Shown in pieces: positions 37,301 through 45,729 of a DNA stretch of 64,000 bases (position 1 is the first letter of the stretch; every line of letters begins with the position of its first letter). Below the pieces are notes generated by a model that was not told the origin of the DNA, ran no database searches, and was given only the letters and a program-made list of their open reading frames with translations. The stretch spans positions 3,669-67,668 of the forward strand of contig JBHLNT010000007.1 of NCBI GenBank assembly GCA_048941265.1, in the 5' to 3' direction. Position numbers and translations under genes: made by a program. The DNA is from Promethearchaeota archaeon. Lineage in GTDB: Archaea > Asgardarchaeota > Lokiarchaeia > Sigyniarchaeales > SOKP01.

Positions 37301-38503
37301 ATGTGTGATACCTTTGTTAGTTTAGCAACAACTTCAAAAGATAATACTGTAATTTTTGGTAAGAATAGTGATAGACTTAGTACTGAAGCTCAATTAATTA
37401 CCTATGTTCCTCGAACTAAATATTCAAAGGGAGAAGAAGTTCAGTGCACTCATATAAACATTCCCCAAGTAGATGAAACCGCCGCAATTTTAATGAGTCA
37501 GCCGTATTGGATGTATGGGTGTGAAATGGGAGTTAATGAACATGGTGTAGCAATCGGTAATGAAGCAGTCGCTACTAAAGAGCCACTTAGACAAATAGGG
37601 CTTCTGGGAATGGATTTATTGAGACTTGGTTTAGAAAGAGGAAAGACAGCAAAAAATGCCTTAGAGATTATTATTAACTTATTAGAAAAATATGGACAAG
37701 GAGGGGCTCATAATAAAAAAGGATTAAACTATCATAATTCTATGATTATCGCAGATCCTAAGGAAGCTTATGTTCTAGAAACAGCTGGAGAATGGTGGAT
37801 TGTAGAGATTGTCAATGATTATCGTTCTATTTCAAATAATTTATCAATTCGGGGAAAGGGTGATATTCGAAAAAAAGGCATAATCCAACATGCAATAGAG
37901 AAAGGTTACTGTAAAGATGATAATGATTTTAACTTCAAAATTATATTTTCTTCTTCTCCTTTATCTGAAATTTTTCCATTAGATAGTAGAGATGGGTGTT
38001 CATTAAACCAGCTGGCCCAAAATAAAGGTAGCATAACACCTGGAATGATGATGAATTTTTTGAGAGAACATGATGTTGGAATATGCATGCATGGTCGAAG
38101 TGATCGATCAGTAGGATCCCAAGTATCCCATTTGAGAAAAAATAAACCGTCTATTCATTGGTTTACGGGCAGTACCATCCCTTGCCTTGGTATATTTAAA
38201 CCGTATATCTTCCCAATTGGAGAAGAAAAGGTTTTAAAACCGGGGCCATATGCAAACATAAATCCAGAGTGGTTTTGGAGTCGGCATGATAATTTTGTAA
38301 AAGATCTCGCTAAAAAACCTAAAATGAATAAACCTGAAAGAAATATCTATTATGAAAAGCTTAGAAACGTTGAAAATGATATAATAGAGAGGGTTGATGC
38401 AGTTATTCAGAAAGAAGATTCCTTATCAAATAGGGGGTTCATAGATAAAATTAAAGAGATCAATGAAGAAGCATGGAAAAAGTCAGAAGAGATGATTGAA
38501 TAA
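37301..38503 (+). CDS. secernin-like peptidase C69 family Ntn-hydrolase, copy 1
   Basis: Cys at position 2 ('MCDTFV'), 'FGKNSDR', 'EMGVNEHGVAIGNEA', 'LLGMDLLRLGLERGKTA', 'LLEKYGQGG', 'IHWFTGSTIPCLGIFKPYIF'. These blocks closely match human secernin-1 as I recall it. Confidence 0.85.
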   Translation: MCDTFVSLATTSKDNTVIFGKNSDRLSTEAQLITYVPRTKYSKGEEVQCTHINIPQVDETAAILMSQPYWMYGCEMGVNEHGVAIGNEAVATKEPLRQIGLLGMDLLRLGLERGKTAKNALEIIINLLEKYGQGGAHNKKGLNYHNSMIIADPKEAYVLETAGEWWIVEIVNDYRSISNNLSIRGKGDIRKKGIIQHAIEKGYCKDDNDFNFKIIFSSSPLSEIFPLDSRDGCSLNQLAQNKGSITPGMMMNFLREHDVGICMHGRSDRSVGSQVSHLRKNKPSIHWFTGSTIPCLGIFKPYIFPIGEEKVLKPGPYANINPEWFWSRHDNFVKDLAKKPKMNKPERNIYYEKLRNVENDIIERVDAVIQKEDSLSNRGFIDKIKEINEEAWKKSEEMIE

Positions 38504-39706
38504 TTGTGTGATACGTTTGTAGCATTATCCAATTCAACAAAAGATAACAGTGTTATTTTTGGAAAGAATAGCGACAGACCTCATAATGAAGTACAATTAA
38601 TAACCTATATTCCAAGGAGGAAATATGCTAAGAGTGAAGAATTACATTGTACATATATTTCAATTCCACAAGTATATGAAACTTTTGAAATTCTTTTAAG
38701 CCAACCTTGGTGGATGTGGGGAGCAGAAATGGGAGTGAATGAGCATGGTGTTGCCATTGGAAATGAAGCTGTATATTCTCATGAACCTATTAGAAGTATT
38801 GGTCTGTTAGGTATGGATATATTAAGGTTAGGATTAGAACGAGGAAAAACAGCTAGGAATTCACTTACAATAATGACGGATTTATTAGAAAAATATCACC
38901 AAGGAGGAGGATGTGCTTTTAATGATTCCAGTTGGATTTATCATAATTCATATATCATCGCAGATACGAGTGAAGCTTATGTTTTAGAAACAGCTGATGA
39001 TTGGTGGATTGCTGAACGAGTAGAAAGTGTAAGGTCAATATCTAATGAGATCTCTATAAGAGGAAAAGGAGAACTCAGAAGAGAAGGTATAATCCAACAT
39101 GCCATAGACCAAGGATATTGCAAAGATGACAATGATTTTGACTTTGCCCTAACTTTTACAGGTTCTTACCATCCTGAAGAACCTTCTCCTTATTCTAGAG
39201 GGGGTAAATCAACAATATTACTAAGAGAAAACAAAAAAAAAATTACCCCTAAACTGATGATGGAATTTTTACGAGAGCATGATGCTGGAATTTGTATGCA
39301 TGGAGGATTTGAGTCTACAAGTTCTCAAGTTTCTCATTTAAGGAAAGATAAAAATTCAATTCATTGGTTTACAGGCAGTACCCTTCCATGTTTAAGTGTA
39401 TATAAGCCTTATGTATTTCCTATCGAGGATCAAAGAGTTCTTGAGCCGGCCCCTTATTCAAAAATAAATCCTGAATGGTTCTGGTGCAAACATACTTCGG
39501 CTGTAGCATCATTTAAAGGATGGAGTATAATATCCGAAAAGAAAATGTATTTGAAAAATCTAAAAACATTAGAAAATGAAATAATTTGTAAAGTGGATGA
39601 GACTATATTAAATGAAAATAATATTTCGGGTGAAGATTTTAAAAATAAAATTAAGTCGATCAACTTAAACTCATGGGAGAAATCTAAAGAGTTGATTAAT
39701 TTATAA
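38504..39706 (+). CDS. secernin-like peptidase C69 family Ntn-hydrolase, copy 2 (TTG start abutting upstream stop)
   Basis: Same length (400 aa) and collinear with copy 1, roughly 60% identical by eye. 'TTG TGT GAT ACG' begins directly after the TAA of copy 1, in the same frame. Confidence 0.8.
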   Translation: MCDTFVALSNSTKDNSVIFGKNSDRPHNEVQLITYIPRRKYAKSEELHCTYISIPQVYETFEILLSQPWWMWGAEMGVNEHGVAIGNEAVYSHEPIRSIGLLGMDILRLGLERGKTARNSLTIMTDLLEKYHQGGGCAFNDSSWIYHNSYIIADTSEAYVLETADDWWIAERVESVRSISNEISIRGKGELRREGIIQHAIDQGYCKDDNDFDFALTFTGSYHPEEPSPYSRGGKSTILLRENKKKITPKLMMEFLREHDAGICMHGGFESTSSQVSHLRKDKNSIHWFTGSTLPCLSVYKPYVFPIEDQRVLEPAPYSKINPEWFWCKHTSAVASFKGWSIISEKKMYLKNLKTLENEIICKVDETILNENNISGEDFKNKIKSINLNSWEKSKELINL

Positions 39707-39745
39707 TCTAATTAGATATACCGAAACTAACAAAAATTAACACAT

Positions 39746-40960
39746 TTAATTTTGATCAGAATTATCTTGTGCATCAGTAATATCTAATTCATCTATTTTT
39801 TCTAATATCTTGTTGTCAACTTTTCGTACTTTGCTAACATGTCTAACATGCTCAGTTCTTTCACCAGACTTTCTAGCCAACCATACCTCAATTTTGCCAG
39901 CTTTTAACCTTATTTTCTCTTCGTCATATCCTTGTATTCCGATATATCCAAATATCACAATTAGGATAATAAATATGATTAATACGCTGATATCAGTCAC
40001 AGTAATTAAAAGCGTCCCTAGTTGAGTATAATCCGAAATTCCCAGAGCCTGAACAATACCTAACGTTCCGTATGGAAAGTAGACTGCGAATTCCCAAGCT
40101 GCTTTGGAGAAAATTAACCAGAGTATTAACGTTTCTTGTTTAAAACGTTTGAACCGTTCTGCTAAAAATTCACCTTGTTTCCCTATGATGGAGCTAATTG
40201 AGTATAATAAAATAAAAACATCTAAAATTAATAATCCAATTATTGTAAAAATTGATGAAGATTCTCCCGTTCCATCAGTAAACCCTAAAAAAACCTTTAT
40301 TACTAAATAAGCACTGTAGATAGTAATAAGAATAAAGTATGTTCCAAGCCATGCGTTAAATTTTTTATTAAAACTCTGCATTAAACCATATATGGCTAGT
40401 CCGATTATTACTATGATTATCGCAATATACGCTATATTTATTATTTCTGGAGCGTTAGTCATTGTCATTGCTTCAAAGGTTCCTAAATATGCTAAATAAA
40501 TAAAGAATAATGATATGACTAATCCACCCCAAAATTCTAAACCCCTCCAAAACCATGCTCCATGTTTATAATAAATACGCTCATCAATCTCTTTACTCAT
40601 TTTAAAACATCCATATAGCAAAAAAAGAGATGTAAAGAAAATATAAGAAAATATTGATATAATTATAATTGCCACTATTACAACCAACATAATTATCATT
40701 AGCAGACAATCAAGAAATAGCAGTAAAATGATTTTTGAAGTTGAATATTCTGTTATTTTTTTATTAAATAATGAAAGGAACCAAAAGAAACTCGTGAATC
40801 CTAATATCGGAAAATAAATAATAATCCCGATAAATGCTAAATTCATTAATGTTAGTATTCTTAGCGCTGAATATCCGATTAAAAGATAAATAAGCAGAAT
40901 TAAATATAATTTATTTTCCTTTTCTCTATATAATTTATTTAGGTTATCGATAAATTCCAT
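39746..40960 (-). CDS. polytopic membrane protein, unknown function
   Basis: 404-aa ORF with about 10 hydrophobic segments and a charged C-terminal tail. Confidence 0.55.
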   Translation of the reverse strand: MEFIDNLNKLYREKENKLYLILLIYLLIGYSALRILTLMNLAFIGIIIYFPILGFTSFFWFLSLFNKKITEYSTSKIILLLFLDCLLMIIMLVVIVAIIIISIFSYIFFTSLFLLYGCFKMSKEIDERIYYKHGAWFWRGLEFWGGLVISLFFIYLAYLGTFEAMTMTNAPEIINIAYIAIIIVIIGLAIYGLMQSFNKKFNAWLGTYFILITIYSAYLVIKVFLGFTDGTGESSSIFTIIGLLILDVFILLYSISSIIGKQGEFLAERFKRFKQETLILWLIFSKAAWEFAVYFPYGTLGIVQALGISDYTQLGTLLITVTDISVLIIFIILIVIFGYIGIQGYDEEKIRLKAGKIEVWLARKSGERTEHVRHVSKVRKVDNKILEKIDELDITDAQDNSDQN

Positions 40961-41093
40961 AGAAAGCTAATCAAAATAACATTATTTAAAATTTATCAAA
41001 TGAAAAAAATAAAAACTAAGAAGTATTTAAAAATTAAAACTATAAATTTGGTATTAAAATTACACAAAAACTTAATAAAAAATCAGAAAATTT

Positions 41094-42383
41094 ATGCCAA
41101 TTAAATCTTTCAAATTTTTGTTGCCTATTTTAATTTTGCTTATATTAGGTAATGGTGTTTCTAATTTTTTATTAGCTCAGAATTTCATATCAGATAAACA
41201 AGCCATTGAAACTCGTAATAAAAAGATCCCTCATCGATCGGCCACTATTCTTCTTTGGAATTTCACTACCGGAGACGATATTAATTCTGTTTCAATATCC
41301 TCAGATGGAAGCTATATTGTAGCTGGAAGTGATGATGATAATACTTATCTATTTAATAATACTAGTTCCAGTTCAAAAACTCCAATGTGGAATTCTACTT
41401 CAAGTAATGATATTAATTCAGTAGCAATTTCTTCTGATCTAAATTATATTGTTTCTGGGTCTAATGATAATCATGTATACTTATTTAATAAATCAATTTC
41501 TACCCCACGTTGGAATTATTCTATGGGAAACAATGTGTTATCTGTTAAAATCTCGAATGATGGAAATTATATAATTTCGGGAAGTAATGATAAAATTTCA
41601 TTTCTTAAAAACTCATCCTCGACGCCATCGTGGAACTATAGCACTGGAGCAATTGTGTATTCCGTGGCCATTTCTGACGATGGCAGATATATAACTGCTG
41701 GATGCGCTAATGATAAGGTATATCTTTTTTATAAAACTTCTAATGATACTTTGTGGGAATTTCAAGCTGATAATGATATTAAAACAGTTGACATCTCAGC
41801 CGATGGGTATTATATAGTTGCTGGGAGTGATAATAATGAGCTCTATTTGTTTAATAAATTTAGCAAAACTCCTCAATTAAGTTATGAAACTGGAGGAGAT
41901 GTGAGAGCAATAGCTATTTCTTCTGATGGAAACTATATTGTTGCTGGTTCCAGTGATAATAAAACTTATGTTATAGATGTAGTAAAGGAGGAGCTAGTTT
42001 GGACTTATGAATGTGGCGATGCAATAAACAGTGTTGATATATCTTCTAATGGCAAACATATACTCGTAGGTAGTAATGATAATAAGACATATTTATTTGC
42101 TATTTCAAGTAACATCCCTTTATGGAGTTATAAGGCAGAAGGAAGTATTATTACTGTAGCAATCTCTTCTAATGGAAATTATTTAGTAGTAGGTAGCGAA
42201 GATAATCAAATCTACATGTTTCATTGGACACCTACAATCGAAGAGGAAAGTGGCGATCATAAATTAGATATCGATTTTGGTGAGAGTTCTATTCCTTTTG
42301 GAAATTATTACATTATATTTATAGTATTAACGATGATTTCATTAGTACTGATCTATAAAAGAAAGATTCAAAGATCGAAATAA
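41094..42383 (+). CDS. secreted, C-terminally TM-anchored 8-bladed beta-propeller repeat protein (WD40-like/PQQ-like repeats)
   Basis: Signal-like N-terminus. Eight ~41-aa repeats of the form 'V.ISSDG.YIVAGS.DN..YLF......P.W.Y'. C-terminal TM 'YYIIFIVLTMISLVLIY' plus 'KRKIQRSK'. Confidence 0.8.
   Translation: MPIKSFKFLLPILILLILGNGVSNFLLAQNFISDKQAIETRNKKIPHRSATILLWNFTTGDDINSVSISSDGSYIVAGSDDDNTYLFNNTSSSSKTPMWNSTSSNDINSVAISSDLNYIVSGSNDNHVYLFNKSISTPRWNYSMGNNVLSVKISNDGNYIISGSNDKISFLKNSSSTPSWNYSTGAIVYSVAISDDGRYITAGCANDKVYLFYKTSNDTLWEFQADNDIKTVDISADGYYIVAGSDNNELYLFNKFSKTPQLSYETGGDVRAIAISSDGNYIVAGSSDNKTYVIDVVKEELVWTYECGDAINSVDISSNGKHILVGSNDNKTYLFAISSNIPLWSYKAEGSIITVAISSNGNYLVVGSEDNQIYMFHWTPTIEEESGDHKLDIDFGESSIPFGNYYIIFIVLTMISLVLIYKRKIQRSK
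41247..42227 (+). repeat. eight tandem ~123-nt coding repeats (propeller blades)
   Basis: The periodicity is visible at protein level and partly at DNA level (e.g. 'tcttctgatggaaactatattgttgctgg', 'tcttctaatggaaattatttagtagtagg'). Confidence 0.75.
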
Positions 42384-42547
42384 ATGAATTAAATTTAAAA
42401 TTAAAATCAAATTTTTGCTCAGTTTAAATTTTACTTAGAAAAAGTGAAAACAAGTAAAATTTCTAAAAATCCAAAATTTTTTATTTTTTTTAATATTTTT
42501 TTCATTACTTATATGATATAATAACTTTTTTTCCTAGATTTTCTCTC

Positions 42548-42841
42548 ATGTCATCTACTAAATTAAATGTCCTTGGAATGGAAGGAGTTATAGCAAATTA
42601 TCGACGAGGTCGTCACACAGTTCATCTGAAACAATGTATTATTGTCTTCCCAAATATAAAAACAAGAAAGGAAGCAAATAAAATGATTGGGAGAACTGTT
42701 GTTTGGATAAGCCCTACAGGCAAAGAATTGAAGGGTATTATTAGCCGTGCTCATGGGAATAACGGTGCTGTACGAGCTATATTCAAAAAAGCTGGTCTTC
42801 CAGGACAGGCGCTTGGTACTAAGATAAAAATTGTAAAATAA
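42548..42841 (+). CDS. rpl35ae: 50S ribosomal protein L35Ae (eL33)
   Basis: 'GVIANYRRGRHTVHLKQCII', 'GRTVVWISPTGKELKGIISRAHGNNGAVRAIFKKAGLPGQALG'. The true start may be the internal ATG at 42578. Confidence 0.9.
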   Translation: MSSTKLNVLGMEGVIANYRRGRHTVHLKQCIIVFPNIKTRKEANKMIGRTVVWISPTGKELKGIISRAHGNNGAVRAIFKKAGLPGQALGTKIKIVK

Positions 42842-42892
42842 AATTGTTTTTGCTCCTTTTACGCTTTCTATTGGATAAGATTCATCATCCTT

Positions 42893-43402
42893 GTGGCTTG
42901 GGAGTACGCGGATATTCCTGCTGTACGACGTTTTTGGAGACAATATGAAAAACTTTTGTTGATTGGATTTGAAAAAACTAAAGTTTTAATTGAGAAAGGA
43001 AAAGGGGCTAGGCTTGTAAAGCCCGATGAGGAAAGCGCAATTCCAATCATTGAAGGGATAATAACAGACTCAAATCACATAGAACCTTCCGTAAATATTC
43101 CTAATGATAATATAATTACTAATTTACCTACGGATTCAATTATAGAATGCCCTGCAATAATCAATAAGGATGGAATAAAAGGGATAAAGATAGGTGAATA
43201 TCCAAAAAGTATTGCTGCATTGTTAAATACACAAATTTCCATTCAAGAGATTATTGTGGAAGCTATATTTAAAAAATCAAAAGATTTAGCATTGCAAGCG
43301 CTTCTAGCCGACCCTGTAGTAGAAACGTATTGGCAAGCGAAAAATATTTTAGACGAGTTATTAAAGATTGAATCAGAATACATTCAAATTCAACTAGAAT
43401 AA
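42893..43402 (+). pseudogene. orphan C-terminal fragment of a glycoside hydrolase family 4 (NAD/Mn-dependent glycosidase) gene
   Basis: The 169 codons match only the last third of GH4 enzymes ('IPIIEGIITD', 'NIPNDNIITNLPTDSIIECPAIINKDGIKGIKIGEYPKSIAALLNTQISIQEIIVEA', 'ALQALLADPVV'). There is no Rossmann N-terminus or catalytic region upstream. The frame opens only at 42842, right after rpl35ae. Confidence 0.6.
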
Positions 43403-43421
43403 AGAATTTATTTAAAATTTA

Positions 43422-43436
43422 TTCTAATATTCTTGT
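43422..43436 (+). repeat. copy 1 of a perfect 15-nt direct repeat TTCTAATATTCTTGT
   Basis: Exact 15-mer, repeated at 43548-43562. Both copies lie in the spacer upstream of the 43604 gene. Confidence 0.7.
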
Positions 43437-43547
43437 AATTGATTTGTTATTTCAATTTTAAAATCCTTAAGAAAATATCATAAATCGTGTTATTTAGCAT
43501 TTTAAATGATAATATTCCAATAACATAGTCATTTTTTATCCAATCAC

Positions 43548-43562
43548 TTCTAATATTCTTGT
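43548..43562 (+). repeat. copy 2 of a perfect 15-nt direct repeat TTCTAATATTCTTGT
   Basis: Exact 15-mer, 42 nt upstream of the TTG/ATG start region of the 43604 gene. Confidence 0.7.
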
Positions 43563-43603
43563 TAAAATTAAATTTAATTCTTCTAATTATTATATAATTA
43601 AGG

Positions 43604-45667
43604 TTGAAAATGTCAGGAAAAGACTTGCAATTATGTCGTTTTTGTCAAAAGCATGTCAAACTAGCATATTACTGCGAAGAGTGTGGCGTTAGTTGTTGTT
43701 CTGATTGTTTACATGACGAATCCGTGGATTATTTTATATGTCAAGAATGCAATTCTAAAAATATTGAATTTTTTGATTCCAATGGAAAAAAAGTATGTAA
43801 AGATTGCGGTACAGAGAATATAAATAAAGTAACCCAACACTTAAAATCCTGTCCAAAATGTCATTCTCATAAAATTTTAAATATATATGAAAAAAAAGAG
43901 GAGTTAGAACAGAAATTCTTAGATATAATTAAAGATACTCGCTCCTTTACTAAGCCCCTACGCGATATAATCAATGAATTATATATTTTAAGGCATAAAA
44001 TTAAAGTCGCAAGAAGCCCTCCAATAAAGTGTTTTCATTATCCAAAAATGGAGTCAGAACTTCTAGTTCTTTTTAAACAAATCATCCACATAAAAGATAC
44101 ATTGTTAGAAAAAATAAATACTCACTTTCGCCATTTAGCCTTAAATAAAGAGTTCTTTTTTGAAATCTATAATCAACCTAATTCGAATATTAGAATCATA
44201 GAAAACATATTAGATAATGTATGCCGGAGTCATGAATCAATAAAAAAGTTCATAGAAGATAATAATAAGGAAATTTATGAAAAACTGGATGGGTTTCAAA
44301 AAAACCTCAAATTTATAGAAAAGATAAAAAAGTTATTTCTACCATACAAAAGGTTTCTTAATTTAGCAGAAGATGAAAAACCGGTGTATGCTGTGAAGAC
44401 AACTCTAATAAATGGAATGAATAATCAGAATAAGTTCATAAAAAAAAATAAGGGACTTCTGTTTATTACGAATTTTGATTTATCTTTTGTCCATGAATAT
44501 GGTATGATGAAAAAAAAGCAGGAATTAATTTTCAAAGCTCCTATAAATGATCTAATAAACATTGCTGATAAAGGAAAACTGTTTAAAAAATTATTTATTC
44601 AATTCGATTACGGCAAATATGAATTTTCGCTTCCCTCAAATATCATTACTAAGGTAATTGATTACATCATTTTAGCTAGATCTTTTCAGGAAAATGATTT
44701 ATATAATTACGAAATAGCCAATAATCTTCATGAAATTGACATTGACCTAAACGATTTAATGAGATATATAGAAGAAGGCATAAATTCTTTCTTTACTTTA
44801 AAGATTAAATATAATAAAAAATTAAACCGTAAACAAAAAAACGAGTTAGAAACTCATAATGAAAACACAATAAATTCCCATTATTACAAGTCTCAATATC
44901 CTTTTTATCATAATCAAGATCCTCCACTTGTTTGGCCCCGAAAACCTTTATATCCTTCTTCCCAGTTTCAAAATCCTGAAAATTATTATTATAACCAGAT
45001 GAGATCTTCAGTACCATTTGAATTTGAAAAAAGTAATTTTTATCCCCAAAATAATACCCAACCCCATAGATTCCAAAATTATCATCCTCATAATGAGTTT
45101 GATTTTAATCACCACCAACCATATCAAAGACCTTTTGCTTATGATAATAGATTTGACTTTGATGAAAAAAGTATTCTTATGAAAAAATTGGAAAAAATGC
45201 ATAAATTTGACCAAGAAGTACCCCCTTCCTATCCCAATCAAATGAAATCTGATGCATTTAACCAATTTGGTGCCCGAATCAGTTCAGATCAATCTTATGG
45301 CAACGACCCTCGCAGTTCTTACAATAATTATTCCTTTCAAGATTTTCAAAAAAATCATTTATCTGAATTTTTTGATCCTAACGATCCTTCATTACAAAAT
45401 CCAAATAATATGAAAAAAGACTTTAATGAAGATCAGGATAGCATGATTAAATTAAAACAAGAACAATATAGTCTCAAGAAAACTCTGAAAGAACTAGAGA
45501 CCAAATTTGAAAGCGGAGTTATTTCTGAGGTCGATTATTTTCGAACCTTTAAAAAATTGCAGAAAGACCTTTATTCAATCGAAAAAAAAATTGAAAGTTT
45601 GCAAGATAAACTAGATGATGAGTTGTTTCGAAGAAGAAATTATAGTAAACAAAAATATACTTTTTAA
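43604..45667 (+). CDS. multidomain protein: B-box-like/zinc-ribbon Cys cluster, helical region, GRAM/PH-like domain, Q/N/P/Y/F-rich low-complexity region, SHOCT-like C-terminus
   Basis: 'CRFCQKHVKLAYYCEECGVSCCSDCLHD' plus three further CxxC pairs. 'GLLFITNFDLSFVHE...FKAPINDLINIADKG...FIQFDYGKYEFSL'. Residues ~425-605 are rich in Y/F/P/Q/N/H. 'LKELETKFESGVISEVDYFRTFKKLQKDL'. The start may be the ATG at 43610. Confidence 0.7.
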   Translation: MKMSGKDLQLCRFCQKHVKLAYYCEECGVSCCSDCLHDESVDYFICQECNSKNIEFFDSNGKKVCKDCGTENINKVTQHLKSCPKCHSHKILNIYEKKEELEQKFLDIIKDTRSFTKPLRDIINELYILRHKIKVARSPPIKCFHYPKMESELLVLFKQIIHIKDTLLEKINTHFRHLALNKEFFFEIYNQPNSNIRIIENILDNVCRSHESIKKFIEDNNKEIYEKLDGFQKNLKFIEKIKKLFLPYKRFLNLAEDEKPVYAVKTTLINGMNNQNKFIKKNKGLLFITNFDLSFVHEYGMMKKKQELIFKAPINDLINIADKGKLFKKLFIQFDYGKYEFSLPSNIITKVIDYIILARSFQENDLYNYEIANNLHEIDIDLNDLMRYIEEGINSFFTLKIKYNKKLNRKQKNELETHNENTINSHYYKSQYPFYHNQDPPLVWPRKPLYPSSQFQNPENYYYNQMRSSVPFEFEKSNFYPQNNTQPHRFQNYHPHNEFDFNHHQPYQRPFAYDNRFDFDEKSILMKKLEKMHKFDQEVPPSYPNQMKSDAFNQFGARISSDQSYGNDPRSSYNNYSFQDFQKNHLSEFFDPNDPSLQNPNNMKKDFNEDQDSMIKLKQEQYSLKKTLKELETKFESGVISEVDYFRTFKKLQKDLYSIEKKIESLQDKLDDELFRRRNYSKQKYTF

Positions 45668-45729
45668 ATTGTGTTATTCTTTTCCAACTTTCAATAATCT
45701 TTATAATTTCATCAATATTACTTTAAGAT

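Noticed and set aside
42563-43050. Minus-strand ORFs of 126 aa and 60 aa overlapping rpl35ae and the GH4 fragment.
   Set aside because: They oppose a highly conserved ribosomal protein gene and show no recognisable domain. The 126-aa length is notable for AT-rich DNA, but there is no supporting signal.
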